Shown here: positions 61,719 through 64,000 of the stretch, one piece after another | Position numbering within the stretch: the stretch's first letter is position 1 | Layout: each line of letters opens with the position of its first letter | IMG/VR virus record: IMGVR_UViG_3300035696_000014 | Location: 1-64,000 of that record | Reading direction: 5' to 3' (one strand) | Length of the DNA stretch: 64,000 bases | Source of the DNA: a virus | The notes under the pieces: model-generated | Database searches by the model: none | The model's input: only the letters and a program-made list of their open reading frames with translations | What the model was told of the DNA's origin: nothing | Program-made: the position numbers and the translations under genes

Positions 61719-64000
61719 TCAGGAAGAAGCGGGCGGGATGGGGGTCTGGCTCATGAAGCCGACCGGGTAGACCGGAGCGCGGTTGAAGCCGAGGTGGTCG
61801 ATGCCTGGGCTGATGTCGTGGACCGGTGCGAAGCCGATGGTGACGCGGCACATCTTGGGAGCGGTGCGGTTGAGGTCCGTCTCCCAGGTGACGTTGTCGT
61901 ACCAGTCGAAGTTCATCGACTCGATGAAGCCCGCCAGGCCCTTGCCACCGGTGTCAGCGAACGCCTTGGCGACCGCGTTCGGGTTCTGTGCCGTCGGGTT
62001 GGTGAAGGCGTCCAACGCAGTGACGAACGGAGCGACCGAGTCCTGGTAGACCTGGTTCTGGATCTGCGTCTGGGTCGTCAGGGTCGGTGTCAACGCGGTG
62101 GGCGGGATGACGTAGGTGCCGCCGATGGTCGGGCCCAACGGGTCGTTCGGGTCGTTGAGACGGTTCATGGCGCTGCTGATCAGCGGCACCAGCACGTCCT
62201 GATCGCCCGGTTCAGTGTTGAACTGCACCTGGCCCAGGATGTTGCCGCTGTCGTCGACGCCCGTTGCCTTGATTGTCAGCAGGCTGCCTCCTGCCACGCC
62301 ACCAGCGGAAGCGATGCCCGGGTTGAACTGCGCCGCGTTGGTGGGTGCTCCGCCGCCGCTGCTGACACCAGGGATGGGAGGTGCAGGAACGCTGAGGCCC
62401 AAGCCACCCGCTTGCGGAGGCGCCAGGTTGTACCAGCCGTCGGCAACGTAGTACGTCTCGCCGTTCGGGTGAGCCAGCGCGTTGGCCAGGCCCATGTCGT
62501 AGCTGTTGAGGATGCTCTGGTCGTAGGTGCTCTGGTTGACGAAAGACTGGCCGTCGACCTGGAAGTTTGGGTTACCCGCGCCGAAGAGCCGGGCCAGGTT
62601 GAACTGCGAGTAGTTGCTCTTCAACAGGTCACCCAACCGGATGCGGATCAGCGGGCTGGCGCCGATGAGCTGGCTGAAGGGCTGGGTGAAGACGTACTGG
62701 CCCGTCGCATCGCTGAGCTGCAGGCCCTGGGTGTACTGCGGGTAGACCAGCGTCACCAGCTTGTTGATCTTCAGCCACATCTCGTCGAAGTCGTTCTTGG
62801 ACGTCGCAGCGATCATGAAAGACAGGTTGATGCGACGTTCAGTCGACTTGTAGACGCGGACCGGGTCGACACGGCCGTAGCCGTCGGTCTTTTCGTAGGC
62901 CGCAGTGTAGTCATCGGTCAGCGACGTCAGGAAGGCATGGAAGCCCAGGAGCTCGTTGGTCCGCAGGTCGTGGAAGGAGAAGGGCACGTACTCGGCATCG
63001 AGCAGCGTCTCCATCCTCGACACCTCAGACGACGGCAGGCGGCCGCCCATGTCCGGGGTGGTGACGTACTTCTGCGTCTTGGTCAGGTCACCGTCAGACA
63101 ACGTGGCGTACGGGTTGAACTGGCCCATCCTGACCGCACCGGCCAGGCCCAGGATCGTCGAGGGCAGCAGGTACTCCGTCGGAGCCCGGTTCGATGCCCA
63201 CGCCAGCTTCAGGCTGCCCTGCAGGCGGTTCTTGTTGACGCCGCTGGCGTTGTCGTTGGTGATGGCGTCCATCTGCGACGTACGAGGGGTCGGACCCGTG
63301 TTGTCGACGTAGCTCTTGTTCAGGGTCAGGATCTGGTCGCCCAGCATCGCCCAGATGTTGATGGCAGCGACCACCTTCGACGACCTGATGGTGTCGATCA
63401 TCGACAGGATGGCGTTGATGACGTTCATCGGGTTGCCGCCGATCTTGGACAGCGACTGGCCGATGATGACGAAGCCCCTGATGATGGTCCTCGACACGGT
63501 GACCAGGTAGCCTGGTGAGTCGGTCGACGAGCTCGGGCCCAGGCTGAAGCCGATGCTGAAGCCCCCGCCGGAGGGCTGGGGCAGGCCGTAGAACGCGGCG
63601 AGCCCCGAGTTCATCGCGGTCTGCAACGGGTACACCGTCGGGTTGATGCCCAGCAACGCCCCGAAGTTGAGCGAAGCCAGGGCGCTGATGGCACCCAGGG
63701 GACCGCCGCTGGTCGAAGCGTTGGGCGGCTTGCTGGTCGGGAAGTACTGGCCCAGGGTGTAGCGGCCCTGGCTGTCCTTCATCGCCGTCTTCGTCTGCGG
63801 CGTCACCATGCCCAGCAGGATCGCCAGCAGGCCGATGATGACCTGGACCGCGGCGACCAGTGCCAGCATCAGGGTCAGCATGCCCAGGGCGTCGGTGCCG
63901 TCGAACGGGTCGTTGACGTCGTTGAGCTGGCCCCATGACTGGGTGCCGATGCTGAGGGTCGTCGCAGAACCGGTGACGTCATCGCTGGTCAGGCTCGTCA
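61719..64000 (-). CDS. Baseplate/tail-tube-initiator-like protein; 5' end off the window
   Basis: FHAFLTSLTDDY, YGRVDPVRVYKSTERRINLSF, PLIRIRLGD; frame open to the window edge. Confidence 0.65.
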   Translation of the reverse strand, partial: TSLTSDDVTGSATTLSIGTQSWGQLNDVNDPFDGTDALGMLTLMLALVAAVQVIIGLLAILLGMVTPQTKTAMKDSQGRYTLGQYFPTSKPPNASTSGGPLGAISALASLNFGALLGINPTVYPLQTAMNSGLAAFYGLPQPSGGGFSIGFSLGPSSSTDSPGYLVTVSRTIIRGFVIIGQSLSKIGGNPMNVINAILSMIDTIRSSKVVAAINIWAMLGDQILTLNKSYVDNTGPTPRTSQMDAITNDNASGVNKNRLQGSLKLAWASNRAPTEYLLPSTILGLAGAVRMGQFNPYATLSDGDLTKTQKYVTTPDMGGRLPSSEVSRMETLLDAEYVPFSFHDLRTNELLGFHAFLTSLTDDYTAAYEKTDGYGRVDPVRVYKSTERRINLSFMIAATSKNDFDEMWLKINKLVTLVYPQYTQGLQLSDATGQYVFTQPFSQLIGASPLIRIRLGDLLKSNYSQFNLARLFGAGNPNFQVDGQSFVNQSTYDQSILNSYDMGLANALAHPNGETYYVADGWYNLAPPQAGGLGLSVPAPPIPGVSSGGGAPTNAAQFNPGIASAGGVAGGSLLTIKATGVDDSGNILGQVQFNTEPGDQDVLVPLISSAMNRLNDPNDPLGPTIGGTYVIPPTALTPTLTTQTQIQNQVYQDSVAPFVTALDAFTNPTAQNPNAVAKAFADTGGKGLAGFIESMNFDWYDNVTWETDLNRTAPKMCRVTIGFAPVHDISPGIDHLGFNRAPVYPVGFMSQTPIPPASS

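Noticed and set aside
1-64000. tRNA genes, CRISPR arrays, IS elements, integrase
   Set aside because: Intergenic gaps are mostly under 100 bp, and I saw no cloverleaf, repeat-spacer array or transposase/integrase motif. A tRNAscan/Infernal run would be needed to exclude them formally.
1-64000. Stop-codon reassignment
   Set aside because: Conserved genes are full length in the standard code, and both TGA and TAG end genes at expected positions.

Overview
This GC-rich window reads as part of a large lytic myovirus-like (jumbo) phage genome. Genes are densely packed and nearly all on the minus strand. It holds a replication block (DnaE, a small PolA-fold protein, DnaB/gp41 helicase, RecA, gp32-type SSB, 5'-3' exonuclease, class II RNR) and nucleotide metabolism genes (TK, TMK, ThyX, dCMP deaminase, two NTP pyrophosphatases). 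It also holds RNA repair genes, three DNA methyltransferases, stress-related auxiliary genes, many probable internal virion proteins, and baseplate genes at the right end. Main observations: (1) a T4 gp42-like dCMP hydroxymethylase linked to an NDP-sugar epimerase, a divergent GT-B glycosyltransferase, a dNMP kinase, a dCTPase-like enzyme and a UDP-xylose synthase, suggesting hmC carrying a non-glucose sugar; (2) two free-standing fragments resembling the gp23-type major capsid A-domain inside the replication operon, possibly immune decoys; (3) two readable promoter classes (NTGAAC-N18-TAGGAT and TANTTA) giving mostly leaderless mRNAs; (4) a shared N-terminal helix-plus-Glu motif on the TANTTA-class proteins; (5) a structured leader on the SSB gene. 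All family assignments come from motifs recognised by eye; no database search was run.
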